Translations under genes and position numbers: made by a program
Origin: a virus
Lineage: Duplodnaviria > Caudoviricetes
Virus record (IMG/VR): IMGVR_UViG_3300032007_000010
Reading direction: 5' to 3' (one strand)
Length of the DNA: 64,000 nucleotides
Notes under the pieces: generated by a model
Databases searched by the model: none
Told to the model about the DNA's origin: nothing
Seen by the model: only the letters and a program-made list of their open reading frames with translations
In this document: piece by piece, positions 26,916-38,000 of the stretch
Layout: each line of letters starts with the position of its first letter
Numbering within the stretch: the first letter of the stretch is position 1

Positions 26916-29762
26916 TTGGCCAAGAAACTCATCGATAGCAAGGATATCATCGAAGATCTGATCGATGTGGTTGCACCGAAGTATTTCCCCGCGGAAACCC
27001 TCGACACATCCAGAACCTCGATCATGGGTTATCTGACCGAGGCAATGGCCGATTCGGTCGAGGATACGGTTACCTTGGAACAACGACGAGCCGCCGAGTA
27101 TTGTCCGGAGCTCTCCAATTCGATTATCCACGTGAACCAGACCGCAAAGCTCCGCGGGGTTGAGGTGCACTATGCACAGCCAGGCATTGTCTACGTTCAG
27201 CTCATGGTGCTGAAGAATGATATCCTTACCAAGGGAACTCCGAGCAGCAACGGGAACGAGGTGACCTTCATCATCGATCATCGTTCCACCATTGTGCACC
27301 AGGGAGTACCATACTCGCTCGACGATGATATTGTCATACGTGCCGTAAAACGCTCGGGCAAAACGATCTATGCAGCAAGCTATGCGGGCGATCGAACGGT
27401 CTATGATTCATATCTGCAGATGTTCGACACCCTGAATGATCAGGATGAGGAAACGATTTCCCTGCTCGTGCTTGCTCGACAGTTCCAGTACAACATCGAG
27501 GAGCATGTGATCACCGATCCTGTGCAGTTTCTCTATGATGGGGAACCCTTTGATTATTCCGACAAGCTTGCGGGCTTCGATGTGTACTACAAAAACTCAT
27601 CCACCGACGAGTTTTCCCATCTCGACAAGACACACTATCTGACCACGGTGGCCACGGACTCGATCTACTACAACGATGATGACACCGGCATCATCTACAT
27701 CATCAACAATCCGAGACTCAACATTGGCACCAACGCCACCATCAAGGTGGAAATCATGGAGACTCTCGGAGAAGATGGCATGGTTCCAATGGGGGACGGA
27801 GAGGCAAGTTTCAGTCTCTACCGCGATGGTTCCTACAACTACACCGGTGTCTATGTCGAGGTACGGATTCTCTCCGATACGGTGAACGCATCCGATGGAG
27901 ACACGATCTCCGATATCAAGAAGGCGCTCATCGATGCAAAGACTCGGCGCGATAACATCACAACCGAACACGACATCGTCACCTATGTCAATGACATCGA
28001 TGCGAACATCCAGATCGTCAAGAAACGCAACGATATCGAAGATCGTCGCTATTATATCTATACGCTTCTGCGCCACAATGACGCGATCGTATCCACGGCG
28101 ACGATACGTGCGATTTTCAAAGGTGTCGTGAATCCGGAAAACTGGGGAGACATGACCATCTACGGCTACAGCACCTACGATCCACGCAGCGATCGCAAGA
28201 TCATTCGGGCTCACAACAAATACAAACTCATGCCCGCGGACAACATCTGCGATACCGAGTATGTGACACCCATCGATCCGGATGAGCCCGAGGAAGAGGG
28301 AGCCTACTACTATACGAGCCCATTCATGCTGTTGCTCAACAAATACAACGTGGCGTCGTACTACTACTGCTCGGTGAATGACAACATTCAGCTCGCGCAG
28401 AAATCACTCGAAACCGTTTTCCCATTCCAGATGATTGTTCGGTCCGTGCAAATCTATCGCAACTCCCATGATTCTGAAAACTTTGATATCTATCGCTTCA
28501 CCATCACCGGAACTCTGAATACATCCTCAGACGAGGATCTCCTCGATGATGACGGTAATATCAAAGATCTCGATGCCATCCGCGCCTGCATCGTGTTTCG
28601 AAAGGACAACACCGGTGTCGCCTACATGATGATGAACATCGATTCCTATGATTCGGAGACGCGCGAATTCACCTTTATCGGAACAATGCGCACGACAGAC
28701 TTCATCACCGAGGATGGGTATCTCGAGATCATCAATGGTCTACTCCAGGTTCGCACCGAGACCAATTACTATTCGGTCATCGACTATGCGAATGCATTCT
28801 TCGACGTATATTTCTTCTACAAGCACGAAGACTACGCCGACTACACTACCGGAGATGTTATTTTCCAGCAGCTGCCGAGCACCCAGACCGATGGGTATGC
28901 GCTCATGTGTGGGTACTACAACACACCGGCAAATCCGTATAACCTCATGCTCGAATATTCGAAGTTCACCTCGTCTCCGGTGCAGGTGATCCCGCGCGCC
29001 GAGAGCGATGATCAGACCATCAGCAACGAGGAGTATCAGAAGATGGTATCTGATCTCGAGGAACTGCAGAATACTCGCAACACAGTTGCGCTGCTGGGCG
29101 GCGATGGTGTTTCGCAGGAAACGGTCGATGCGACGCTCGCCGAGCTCGATGCGTCGATCGAAGAACTCAAGGATGCGATCATAGAGGTGCGCAAGAAAAC
29201 AACCACATCATATCTCTTCTCGGTGGGAGAATTCCCGCTCATCGAATACCAGTTCGGCATCGCAAACATCATCAACATGTATGATACCTTTGAGCATCTC
29301 GCAGAGGTCTATGGAACGTTGATCACGCTGACGACCGATTTCGATGTCTCCCTCAAGTTCATAAACACCTACGGCAGATCGAAATACATCCATCTCATCG
29401 GAGGTCGTAATGGTGAGGGTGCCGAGACGGACGAGATGCTGAACAATCTCAACCCGACCTTCTACTTCAAGATCTATGGGAAGGGTGTGGATGTGGATAC
29501 CGTCCGAGAATTCATCTATGAGTATCTTCGCGATAACTACATCACCGAAGGTCGGTTGTTCATATCAAACGTGTGCACGATCGTGGAGGATACGTTCACC
29601 GCCATCAAATCGATCAAGTACATGGGAGTGGATGATTCCGACGCATCCTATCAGCAGTTCTCCTACGAACCGCCTGAGTTCACAAACATTGAACTCATCA
29701 CCAAATTCATTCCGGAACAGTTGAATGTCACGGACATTCGGATAGAACTCGATGAAACCTAA
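26916..29762 (+). CDS. Baseplate wedge protein (J/gp6-like)
   Basis: 948 aa; GYLTEAMA…AKLRG N-terminus, DGDTISDIK…ITTEHD internal motif. Confidence 0.7.
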   Translation: MAKKLIDSKDIIEDLIDVVAPKYFPAETLDTSRTSIMGYLTEAMADSVEDTVTLEQRRAAEYCPELSNSIIHVNQTAKLRGVEVHYAQPGIVYVQLMVLKNDILTKGTPSSNGNEVTFIIDHRSTIVHQGVPYSLDDDIVIRAVKRSGKTIYAASYAGDRTVYDSYLQMFDTLNDQDEETISLLVLARQFQYNIEEHVITDPVQFLYDGEPFDYSDKLAGFDVYYKNSSTDEFSHLDKTHYLTTVATDSIYYNDDDTGIIYIINNPRLNIGTNATIKVEIMETLGEDGMVPMGDGEASFSLYRDGSYNYTGVYVEVRILSDTVNASDGDTISDIKKALIDAKTRRDNITTEHDIVTYVNDIDANIQIVKKRNDIEDRRYYIYTLLRHNDAIVSTATIRAIFKGVVNPENWGDMTIYGYSTYDPRSDRKIIRAHNKYKLMPADNICDTEYVTPIDPDEPEEEGAYYYTSPFMLLLNKYNVASYYYCSVNDNIQLAQKSLETVFPFQMIVRSVQIYRNSHDSENFDIYRFTITGTLNTSSDEDLLDDDGNIKDLDAIRACIVFRKDNTGVAYMMMNIDSYDSETREFTFIGTMRTTDFITEDGYLEIINGLLQVRTETNYYSVIDYANAFFDVYFFYKHEDYADYTTGDVIFQQLPSTQTDGYALMCGYYNTPANPYNLMLEYSKFTSSPVQVIPRAESDDQTISNEEYQKMVSDLEELQNTRNTVALLGGDGVSQETVDATLAELDASIEELKDAIIEVRKKTTTSYLFSVGEFPLIEYQFGIANIINMYDTFEHLAEVYGTLITLTTDFDVSLKFINTYGRSKYIHLIGGRNGEGAETDEMLNNLNPTFYFKIYGKGVDVDTVREFIYEYLRDNYITEGRLFISNVCTIVEDTFTAIKSIKYMGVDDSDASYQQFSYEPPEFTNIELITKFIPEQLNVTDIRIELDET

Positions 29763-29777
29763 AGGAGGAAAGTTACA

Positions 29778-30563
29778 ATGAATATCATGCAGAGCGAATA
29801 CAAGCGTCGCGTGTTCAACGCTGCGCTGCTCGAATCTCTCGGAAAGTTCAACCTCATCTGCTGTGAGATCGACCCGGAGAAGGAGCCTGACAAGGTCAAG
29901 ATGGCCAAGACCATGACCGATGTCTTCTACACGGATCTGCTCGATCTCAACAATAAGACGATCAAGGCAACTCGACTCGGTCTCCAGGAGGCGGTCAGCT
30001 TTGTGCAGGACATGCTCGACATCTGCGAAGCTGTCGCTGACCAGAAGGCGAGCGATGCTGCCGAGCATGACCTCGAGATCCCCGAGAATCAGAAGATCGA
30101 ACTCTCCGATGAGGACGAAGAGGTCATCGAGCGTCTCTTTGACGAGAAGAAGCCGACGATCCAGATCGATCAGGTCCGCGACTCCACGGTCAAGGCGCTC
30201 ATGGCCGAGAATCGCAAGTCCCAGGAGATCAAGGATGCGCTCGACATCGCCCAGGCCCAGGTCCAGTCCGGCGAAAACAAGAATGCCATCCAGGAGACCA
30301 GCGCCGCCATCGGCAATCGTGGTCCGACAAGTCTCATGAACGCGATCATGAACTCCATGGCCGGTATGGCATTCAAGAGCGTAAACGAGAACTCCTCCAC
30401 GCCGGTTTCGATCAACCAGGTGATGGCCGAGAACGCCGATGAGATCAGAGCCCGGAGTGTCATGGCATACGCCCTCTATGAGGGATCTTCGGTGCTCGGT
30501 ATTCGCGAATGGACCACCGCCGATCTCAAGAACGAAGCCGATCGCATCTACTACGGAAAATAA
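29778..30563 (+). CDS. Putative virion protein
   Basis: AGGAGG RBS; LLES, LQEA, VNEN motifs; strong codon bias. Confidence 0.7.
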   Translation: MNIMQSEYKRRVFNAALLESLGKFNLICCEIDPEKEPDKVKMAKTMTDVFYTDLLDLNNKTIKATRLGLQEAVSFVQDMLDICEAVADQKASDAAEHDLEIPENQKIELSDEDEEVIERLFDEKKPTIQIDQVRDSTVKALMAENRKSQEIKDALDIAQAQVQSGENKNAIQETSAAIGNRGPTSLMNAIMNSMAGMAFKSVNENSSTPVSINQVMAENADEIRARSVMAYALYEGSSVLGIREWTTADLKNEADRIYYGK

Positions 30564-30570
30564 AAAGCTG

Positions 30571-30601
30571 AATCCCCTCCCAATCATGGGAGGGGATTTT
30601 T
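30571..30601. terminator. Intrinsic terminator between convergent genes
   Basis: AATCCCCTCCCA-atca-TGGGAGGGGATTTTT. Confidence 0.85.
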
Positions 30602-30978
30602 CACTGCATATCAATCTCTATCACCACAAGGCGACCGTTGCGATGAATATTGAGAATCTCGAGCGTATACTCATCCGTGAGCAGATCCTTTTTGTACTCG
30701 AAATCGTAGTTATCGTATATGATATCTGCGAAATCATCTAAGCCCTTGATCAGATCTTTGATGCCCTTGGTGATGACATTGGCCAGCTCGGTGTCCAGGA
30801 GCATGTCATCGGTGGCCCGTCTCAAAACGAAACCATCGGACCCCGTCTCGTAGACTGTGGCCAATTCCTTTTTCTTGTTGAGATGTTTCAATGCGGAGTC
30901 TGCAATCTCTTGGGTGCTGAAGAGCTTGGTGACTTCATTCATCACACAAGCTTGCATGTATGTTAGCTTCTTTTTCAT
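30601..30978 (-). CDS. Hypothetical protein
   Basis: GGGAGGTG RBS; AACA-AGTTAT-TA at 31023-31034 upstream. Confidence 0.75.
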   Translation of the reverse strand: MKKKLTYMQACVMNEVTKLFSTQEIADSALKHLNKKKELATVYETGSDGFVLRRATDDMLLDTELANVITKGIKDLIKGLDDFADIIYDNYDFEYKKDLLTDEYTLEILNIHRNGRLVVIEIDMQ

Positions 30979-31049
30979 CCGGTTTCACCTCCCGGAACAC
31001 GTAATTCCCACTGGCTGGTATTTAATAACTTGTTATATGGTATCGCTGT

Positions 31050-31613
31050 TTACTCGTCTTTTTCGTTCGATTGCTTGAATGCCTGCGGATCAAGCCAGGG
31101 AAGAAGCTCCACTCGGAGACCAAGAAGACGTTTGACGAAGTCTCCGAAGCGGATCGTACTAACCACAAAGACGCCGTTGGATGATCCCTCCCGATCGCGA
31201 GTAAATTCGATGACATTCTGATTGACAAGATTCATGTCCGGAAAATTCTGCAACATGGGAGAATTGGAATTCTGATAACAAATCTCCCGATTGTTGCCGG
31301 ACATGCGCACTGCCAGGCAGAGTTCCTTGAGTGTGTTCCATCCGTTATCACCGAGTCCGGGGATATATACCAGCATATGATACACATTGCGCCATGCGTC
31401 ATAGCTCTCAAGGAACCAATCAAAACTGTTATCTTCGATGCGTTGGAGGATCTTGTATTGATAATCAAGGAAGCAGACTCTGCCGCCCTTGGCGATGAAC
31501 TTCCCAAAGGCGGTTTTGGCGAGTTCCTTCTCGTGGGCGAGACAATCGTACATGTTGTCGAAGCTTTTTCCATCATACTCGCTGGTGTATGAAGTTGTTG
31601 TGATCTCTTTCAT
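31050..31613 (-). CDS. Hypothetical phage protein
   Basis: GAGGAG RBS; N-terminal Y….DG..F….C..HE pattern common in phage proteins. Confidence 0.75.
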   Translation of the reverse strand: MKEITTTSYTSEYDGKSFDNMYDCLAHEKELAKTAFGKFIAKGGRVCFLDYQYKILQRIEDNSFDWFLESYDAWRNVYHMLVYIPGLGDNGWNTLKELCLAVRMSGNNREICYQNSNSPMLQNFPDMNLVNQNVIEFTRDREGSSNGVFVVSTIRFGDFVKRLLGLRVELLPWLDPQAFKQSNEKDE

Positions 31614-31616
31614 TTT

Positions 31617-32318
31617 TTATTTCTCCTCATATTCGATTCGATTGACTTCAACTCTGCCGTCCTCGATGGCCTCCTGGATACGCTTGCGCTTGATCACTTT
31701 GTTGTAGATATAGTCACTCTCGTGGGATTTTGGATATGTGATCGTGATCTCTACCCGAGGAAGTACACTATAGTACTTGTTCACATGTGCACTCCAAACA
31801 ACATCGTCATCGGTGAGGATTACCTCGTTCATGATATCGGTGTAGCATTTGAATATGTTATCCGCATCGGGTCCTCCGATGATTGGAATCGCTCGTGCCT
31901 CGAAGAGTATGACCTCATCCGGTTTTACCTGGGCCGGCATTTCGATGAACGCATTAACCTCTATCTCCGCCGGCGTATTGATGAGCCTGAGCTCAGAGAC
32001 CAGCGTTCTAATCGCTTTTTCGAAGTAGCTATGGTTGGCCGCGGCATTGGGTGAATATATGTGACTGAAGCTACCAAAGGACGACACTCGTGGACGCTCG
32101 GTCTTCATTGGATATTCATACATGATGATGCGTATGGTTTCGTAGCTGCGCTCTGAGGCAATCTTTTCAGCTTTTTTGAGAGCTTTCTTTTGCGCCTTAT
32201 CCATATCCCAGTGACGCTGCTCAAAATATTCACGCAGACATCTGTCCGCATCGTAGTATCGACGCGGATATTTATCATTGTAGCGCTTCAGACGCTCTCT
32301 TCGTGACCTTATTTTCAT
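31617..32318 (-). CDS. rusA: RusA-like Holliday junction resolvase
   Basis: RPR…YSP, PDADNIFKCYTD, DDDVV, KYYS..PRVEI. Confidence 0.85.
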   Translation of the reverse strand: MKIRSRRERLKRYNDKYPRRYYDADRCLREYFEQRHWDMDKAQKKALKKAEKIASERSYETIRIIMYEYPMKTERPRVSSFGSFSHIYSPNAAANHSYFEKAIRTLVSELRLINTPAEIEVNAFIEMPAQVKPDEVILFEARAIPIIGGPDADNIFKCYTDIMNEVILTDDDVVWSAHVNKYYSVLPRVEITITYPKSHESDYIYNKVIKRKRIQEAIEDGRVEVNRIEYEEK

Positions 32319-32381
32319 GCAGAAGCCTCCATCGGATGATGTTTCGATATTAAAATATTGTAGTAGATATTGTATAAAATG

Positions 32382-32413
32382 AAATCGGAGGGGTATTATC
32401 CCCTCCGATTTTT
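32382..32413 (-). terminator. Hairpin terminator
   Basis: AAATCGGAGGGG-tattat-CCCCTCCGATTT. Confidence 0.8.
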
Positions 32414-32419
32414 CATTGG

Positions 32420-34963
32420 TCAGATTCCATAGATACGTGTGTTTGCCAGCTGCGCAAGTCGACCGGAGATGAGGTTCATATATCCGCTACCGATCGCCTG
32501 GGTTTGGCGTGCCAGTGATCCGGCGAAGAGCTCAACGCGCAGACCGGGGTCGATGCGAAGCATGTTCACACCAGACATGGTTCCGATGAGATCCACGAGA
32601 CCACTGTTGTTGAAGAAGATCGTTATGGCCTTGGTGCTTGGCATGACTGATGGACTCTGTCCATTCTTAGGAGCCGCCGTGAATTTTGATATGGAGAGCT
32701 GTTGATACAGATCCTGGATCATGACCGATACGTCGATCTCGGTCGGAACACCATCGGCGGAGATCATTTCGCCGTCACCGAAGCGTTTCCACTCCATGCC
32801 GGTGATGATGCCCATCTCAACGTTGAAATATCCCTTGGACGATGCTCTTACCAGAAACGGCGACGAGTAGTTCATGATCGACTCATTGGACTGCGGAGCC
32901 GCGAAGGCAAACCAGTGGAAGAACGGAACCAGCACGTAGCGCCATTTACAGAAGTTTGTTGCGTAGGGTGCGATGAACTTCATGTCTATCGGATAGCTAT
33001 GTGCAAAGTTGGAGCTCTCCCAGATTTCAGGCCAGCGAACATTCATCCCGTGAAATGAATTTGTGAGATATGCGCTCAGACTGCTGGCAATGTTTCTGGC
33101 ACCGTTGATGAGTCCACTCCTGGAGTTTAGATCAGCGATCGCCGTCTCGTAGCTCTGTGTATCGATGGCATCGACGTTGACACCTGCGGATCCGGCGAGA
33201 AAGTCGAGCTCGCGCGCCGTGGCGGATATGTTATTCATCATCGACGCAAACTTTGACTCGCCGGTGCTATTTCCGATGCTATCGCTTATGGCCGAGAGCG
33301 GATCGAAGGCAAAGGATACGCCGATATCCATGCCAACAACTTCCTGGAACCAGTTCCACTTCTTGTCAACGGCCGCATCGAACTTGGACCAGTCGAACTG
33401 GTGACAGTAGTAGGTTGTACCATCGCCACCCGCCATGCGTTCCTCTTCGAGGCCCATGAGCTTGGCCGATGTTTGGCATAGCGCATTCACGTAGTTGTAG
33501 TACTCGACGAAGGCATTGCTCGTATCGAGAGAATAGTATTGATACACATCCGCGGCATTGGCATCGTTGTTCAGCTGGTTGAGCGCATTCTCCACATCAT
33601 CGTACCAGTTGGGGATCCAGTCTCTGAGCAGATTGCGGTTTTGCGTTCCTCTACCGCTGAGCCCGAGCATTCCTCCGAGGAAGGACTCGCTCACCTGGGA
33701 AAGGAACTTTGGACGACCCGGAACCACAACAACGATCGGCATGTTTGCGGCGATCTCTTTGGCAAAGGTTCTACCATAGAAGTCGGTGACACTGTTTACC
33801 GGGGACATCACGTTTCCGTTCTCGTTCCCCGAAGTAACCTCACCGACAGTGTTGTAGCGTCTATCGGTGAGACTCGTGTATTGGAATGGCATGCCATGAA
33901 CAAACATCATGCTTCCGATCGGATTGCTCATGAATGCTGTCTCCAGAGTGTTGTAGATGAATAGCTCTTCGTAGGTGTTTTCCACCGAGGCGGTGACAGC
34001 TGCGCTGCCGCCAAAGCCGCCGAGCCGCCCAGAGTCGCTGCCGAAGGTATTGCTGCTCGAGTATTCACCTCTGCGCGGATTCACCGAACCGGCACGAGAT
34101 GCGTTTGCGATCTTTGTGTTGACGATGCTGCGGTCGATGACGCGATCGGTGACTGGGCCATTGACCCAGCTCGATCCAACCGGTGTTACATTGGAGCTGA
34201 TGCTGGTTCCGGAGATGACCTTGTTCCAGATATCTTTCACCGCGGCCACGATACCGGTGTCGGTGCTCTGACCAGCATTCCGCAGATCTTCTGTGCTCAC
34301 ATTTCTACGAGGATTCACCGAGCCTCTCTTGGTGTTGGTGGAAGATGCCCTGAGAGTCGCTCTCTGTATGGTGCTCGTGAGGGGTTTGACTACTGGATTC
34401 TCGATGATGCGGTCCTTGCCATTGATGGTAATGGAATAGTTCATGAGAATCCAGTTCCCAACCATGTCGGCGGTATCGTTATCATCTATCGCAGCTATGC
34501 GAAAGCGTGTTTGGTAGAGACCGTTCACGTATAGATTAACTCTACGATCAACGGTTATAACATTTCCGATTGTGGAGGCCACAATAAATGGCTCTGTGGA
34601 ATCACTGTTTTCGTATATGATGATTTTTGTACCGTTGACGACAAGTGATTCGGATATTACCTCAGAAATGCCATCATCCGACAAATTGGACGTTTCCGGT
34701 TCATCCGCTGTCTGAATCGGCATAACCTGCAGACCGTCGATGGCTGTCCAGAAACCCTTCAACGTGTCATCGTCAAAGCCCGAAACCATCGTGTCGATGC
34801 GCAGAAACTTTACCGATCCGATGACGATCTCACCATCCGTCACAAAGGTCACGTTTGCCGGGAGCGTGGTTGCGCTGGGCTTGATGTCATTTGGCCTGTG
34901 ATATAGTCGCATCGGCCTCTCCGTGCGACACATGTGGGACGTATTGACAATCGAATATGCCAA
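32420..34963 (-). CDS. Virion tail/baseplate structural protein
   Basis: 847 aa; C-terminal SPFLVRA…MGIIT…GVPTEIDVS..I.DLY tube-like fold; adjacent to tape measure; GACA-TTCT-AATA at 34993-35004. Confidence 0.65.
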   Translation of the reverse strand: MAYSIVNTSHMCRTERPMRLYHRPNDIKPSATTLPANVTFVTDGEIVIGSVKFLRIDTMVSGFDDDTLKGFWTAIDGLQVMPIQTADEPETSNLSDDGISEVISESLVVNGTKIIIYENSDSTEPFIVASTIGNVITVDRRVNLYVNGLYQTRFRIAAIDDNDTADMVGNWILMNYSITINGKDRIIENPVVKPLTSTIQRATLRASSTNTKRGSVNPRRNVSTEDLRNAGQSTDTGIVAAVKDIWNKVISGTSISSNVTPVGSSWVNGPVTDRVIDRSIVNTKIANASRAGSVNPRRGEYSSSNTFGSDSGRLGGFGGSAAVTASVENTYEELFIYNTLETAFMSNPIGSMMFVHGMPFQYTSLTDRRYNTVGEVTSGNENGNVMSPVNSVTDFYGRTFAKEIAANMPIVVVVPGRPKFLSQVSESFLGGMLGLSGRGTQNRNLLRDWIPNWYDDVENALNQLNNDANAADVYQYYSLDTSNAFVEYYNYVNALCQTSAKLMGLEEERMAGGDGTTYYCHQFDWSKFDAAVDKKWNWFQEVVGMDIGVSFAFDPLSAISDSIGNSTGESKFASMMNNISATARELDFLAGSAGVNVDAIDTQSYETAIADLNSRSGLINGARNIASSLSAYLTNSFHGMNVRWPEIWESSNFAHSYPIDMKFIAPYATNFCKWRYVLVPFFHWFAFAAPQSNESIMNYSSPFLVRASSKGYFNVEMGIITGMEWKRFGDGEMISADGVPTEIDVSVMIQDLYQQLSISKFTAAPKNGQSPSVMPSTKAITIFFNNSGLVDLIGTMSGVNMLRIDPGLRVELFAGSLARQTQAIGSGYMNLISGRLAQLANTRIYGI

Positions 34964-35020
34964 GGAGCATTCCTCCTTTCCTTATTGCTCATTATTAGAA
35001 TGTCAAACTTTTGAGAAAGA

Positions 35021-35052
35021 TGAATGGGACACCAAGATCGGTGTCCCATTCA
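35021..35052 (-). terminator. Hairpin after tape-measure gene
   Basis: TGAATGGGACACC-aagatc-GGTGTCCCATTCA. Confidence 0.8.
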
Positions 35053-35056
35053 TGTG

Positions 35057-38000
35057 TCAGCGTGTGGTAAGTCGATCGATGATTTTGGAGCCGGCTTGGC
35101 CCGAAACATCCATGTTAAACGTCGAGGAGAAATCATCAGCTCTCGAGGTGGGAACCGCGGACGATCTTCCGCCAATCGCGGAAGTGCGTGTATCTACCGT
35201 GGTGTTGTCCTTGATGTCACTCAGAAGCTGAATCATCTGACCAAGCGATGTGGTGAGCAGCGAGAGCATGGCTTCACTGTTGCCTCCGGTCGTCGCCTGG
35301 GAGACGGCCCCGGTGATGGCCTTGGTGATTTCCTCGGCGGTGGATTGATCCTTCGCCTCGGTCCGCGCCTGCTCAAACTGATCATTGATTTCTCTGACGC
35401 GCATGTTGAGACTGTTGAGATTGGTTGTGTCATGACCTCTTCCCCAGCGTCTTCCACCACCATACTCGAGTCTCTTGAAGTCGCCGGCAGAACCGTTATA
35501 TCCAGCCGCTTCGGAAACTTCACGGGCATTGGCCGTGGCCTCGGCATCGGAACCGAGAGTCTTGAGCGCATCGTAGATCTGCTGGCCATAGCTGGCACGC
35601 GTATTCTCGACTGCGGCGGACTGATTCTTCGGCTGCTCAAAGTTGTGGAGCACGATGTCGGATGCCTGCTTGACGGTTCCGGCACCCTTGATCGCCCCGA
35701 GCACAGAATCCTTGTAGCTGGGTTTGTTCAGCTCGTTCCAGAGGTGGTCTAGCTGCAGCCCAACATCCGCGATCGAAGAACCTGTGGATTTCTTCAGGTC
35801 ATAGAGTTCCTGCTTGCGTGTGTGGTAGGTCCACTGAGCGAGTCCATATCCTCCGCCTCCGGGTCCGTTGTGAACAAAGTCATGCTCGGATATCGCACCC
35901 GAATCAACCTTGCTGCGATACTCCTCGTCATAGGCCGTGCGATTCTTTTGTCGATAGTCACCTTGTACGGCCTCCGGCCTTATCCCGGATTCGGCATAGA
36001 TGTTGCCCATGAGACCGGCGGTCGCAACCGCGGAGAGTCCCTTGTTGCGCAAATAGTTCCAGACCTTCTCACGGTTTGTGGTGCCGGAGATGTTGCTACC
36101 CTTTGTGCCGGATACGGTCTCCGTGGATCCTGTGGAACCGGCGTTTGCGCTCATGTCGTTGTCGGGGGTGCCGCCCCAGAGTGCATCGTTGGCTGTCTGC
36201 AGAATGCGAGTCAGCTTGCCGAGGAACCCAAGCGACGAATAGTCGTCACCGAAGGGGCTGCTGCTTGCAACGGTGGTGGTTCCGGTAAAACTGCCCGGAT
36301 CAGTGTAGCTGAAGGTTTCACCGTTTATGAATTTCTTGTATCTGCGCACGGCAAATACGCACCTTTGACGACTTTCGTCGAGTCGGACTTCGTTCGGTCC
36401 GGGCTGGGAACCATTCGTACCGCCTCCATGGCTCATGTCGATGCCGTTACCAACGTACATTTCGGTATGATTTGACTTGTACTTTGGATTGTACATGTAG
36501 ACGATGTCGCCGGGCTGGAGCTTGCTTAGATCAAAGGTCCTGCCGGGTGCGGTACCGGGCTGACCGAACCGATAGATATCCTGGAATCTTCCATCCTTGG
36601 ATTGCTCGGCGCTGGAAGCGGACATGTTCATTTCGTTGAGCACCTTGCGATAGGCCCAGCCAACGGTGGATGCACAGGATGCGATGCCGCGGTCTGGATC
36701 CTGGATGGAACTCTTGCAGCTGTACTGGATGCGACCCTTGATGCTATACATCGCGTTGACGAGCGCATTCTGTGCCTCGATGATCTTCGCGGCCTCCGCG
36801 TTGCTATCATTCACGACAACACCATCGAGTCGTACCCTGGCATCGCTGCTGTTGGTGACACCGAGGGATCGCTGAACTCCCACATTGTGCGCATAGAGAG
36901 GATCGTTCATGGCCGCTGCTCTGTTCGCCGCAGCTTCGGTTTGCTTTCCCACATTGTATTGGAGAAGCGGATCAGTCGTCGGTCCGCGACCCCAGCGTCC
37001 ACGGCCGGTGCTGTGCGAATATATGGCATTGTGGGTATTCTTTGCGATGCTGCGAATATTGCCGACACCGAAGGAACCGGTATACGGATCAGCATACTGC
37101 ATCGAATTCCCAGCGATTCTGCGACCAACGATGTAATGCTCATCGGGACCGAATGCGCCACCCTTGCCCATGAGCACGACGGGCTCGTTGCGGTTCAGGT
37201 TGGAGCGAATCGCATGTTCGGAGACCGGACCCTCGTTCATGTAGTAGCCGCGACCCCAGCGTCCACGGCCGAGATTTCCGAAGAACTCGGGATTGGTGCC
37301 GCCATCATTGGCTCGCATGCCCATGCGACGGGATAACGCATCCATGTCAGCGGGTGTGGCCGTATCACCGTAGGCAGATGCCACCATGGCCGCCGCCGTC
37401 GGTCCACAACCATCCCCGGCAAGATTGCTCCAGCGCATGTCGTCCTGACTATACACCTTCATCATGTTGGATCCGCGACCCCAGCGCCCACGACCATGTT
37501 GTCTCCTGTCGGTACCAGTCTTATGCGCAATGAGGCGCTGGAAACCACTCGAATTGACCACCTGCTGGTTCTTTTCGTAGCTGAGGTAATCATCCATCGT
37601 GTAGTCGGAATAATTAACCCAGGGTTTGCTGGAGTCTCCGCCGCTCTGCAGGAATTCGCCGTAGGACTGGCGCGCCGTTTCTTGCTTGGCCGCAAGCTGC
37701 TCGCGTTCCTCGATGGGACCAAGCCAATCCCAGAGCCATCCGGCGATTGACTTGCCGGAGATGATTCCACAGAGAAGACCGGATATTGCTTCGCCGGCGC
37801 CGGCGGCAAAGGTCATACCGGCGGTGACATCGTTGGGGAGAACCTCGAAGTAGTTCTGCGCGTAGTATGACCCCTTGATGAAATCGATGACCGCCATGGC
37901 GATCGTGAAGTACTTGCCAATCAATCTGGCCGTGTTCTGAATTTCGGCCGCGGATAGGGTCTTGATCACGTCATCAACATGACCAAGCACGAGGCTCGTC

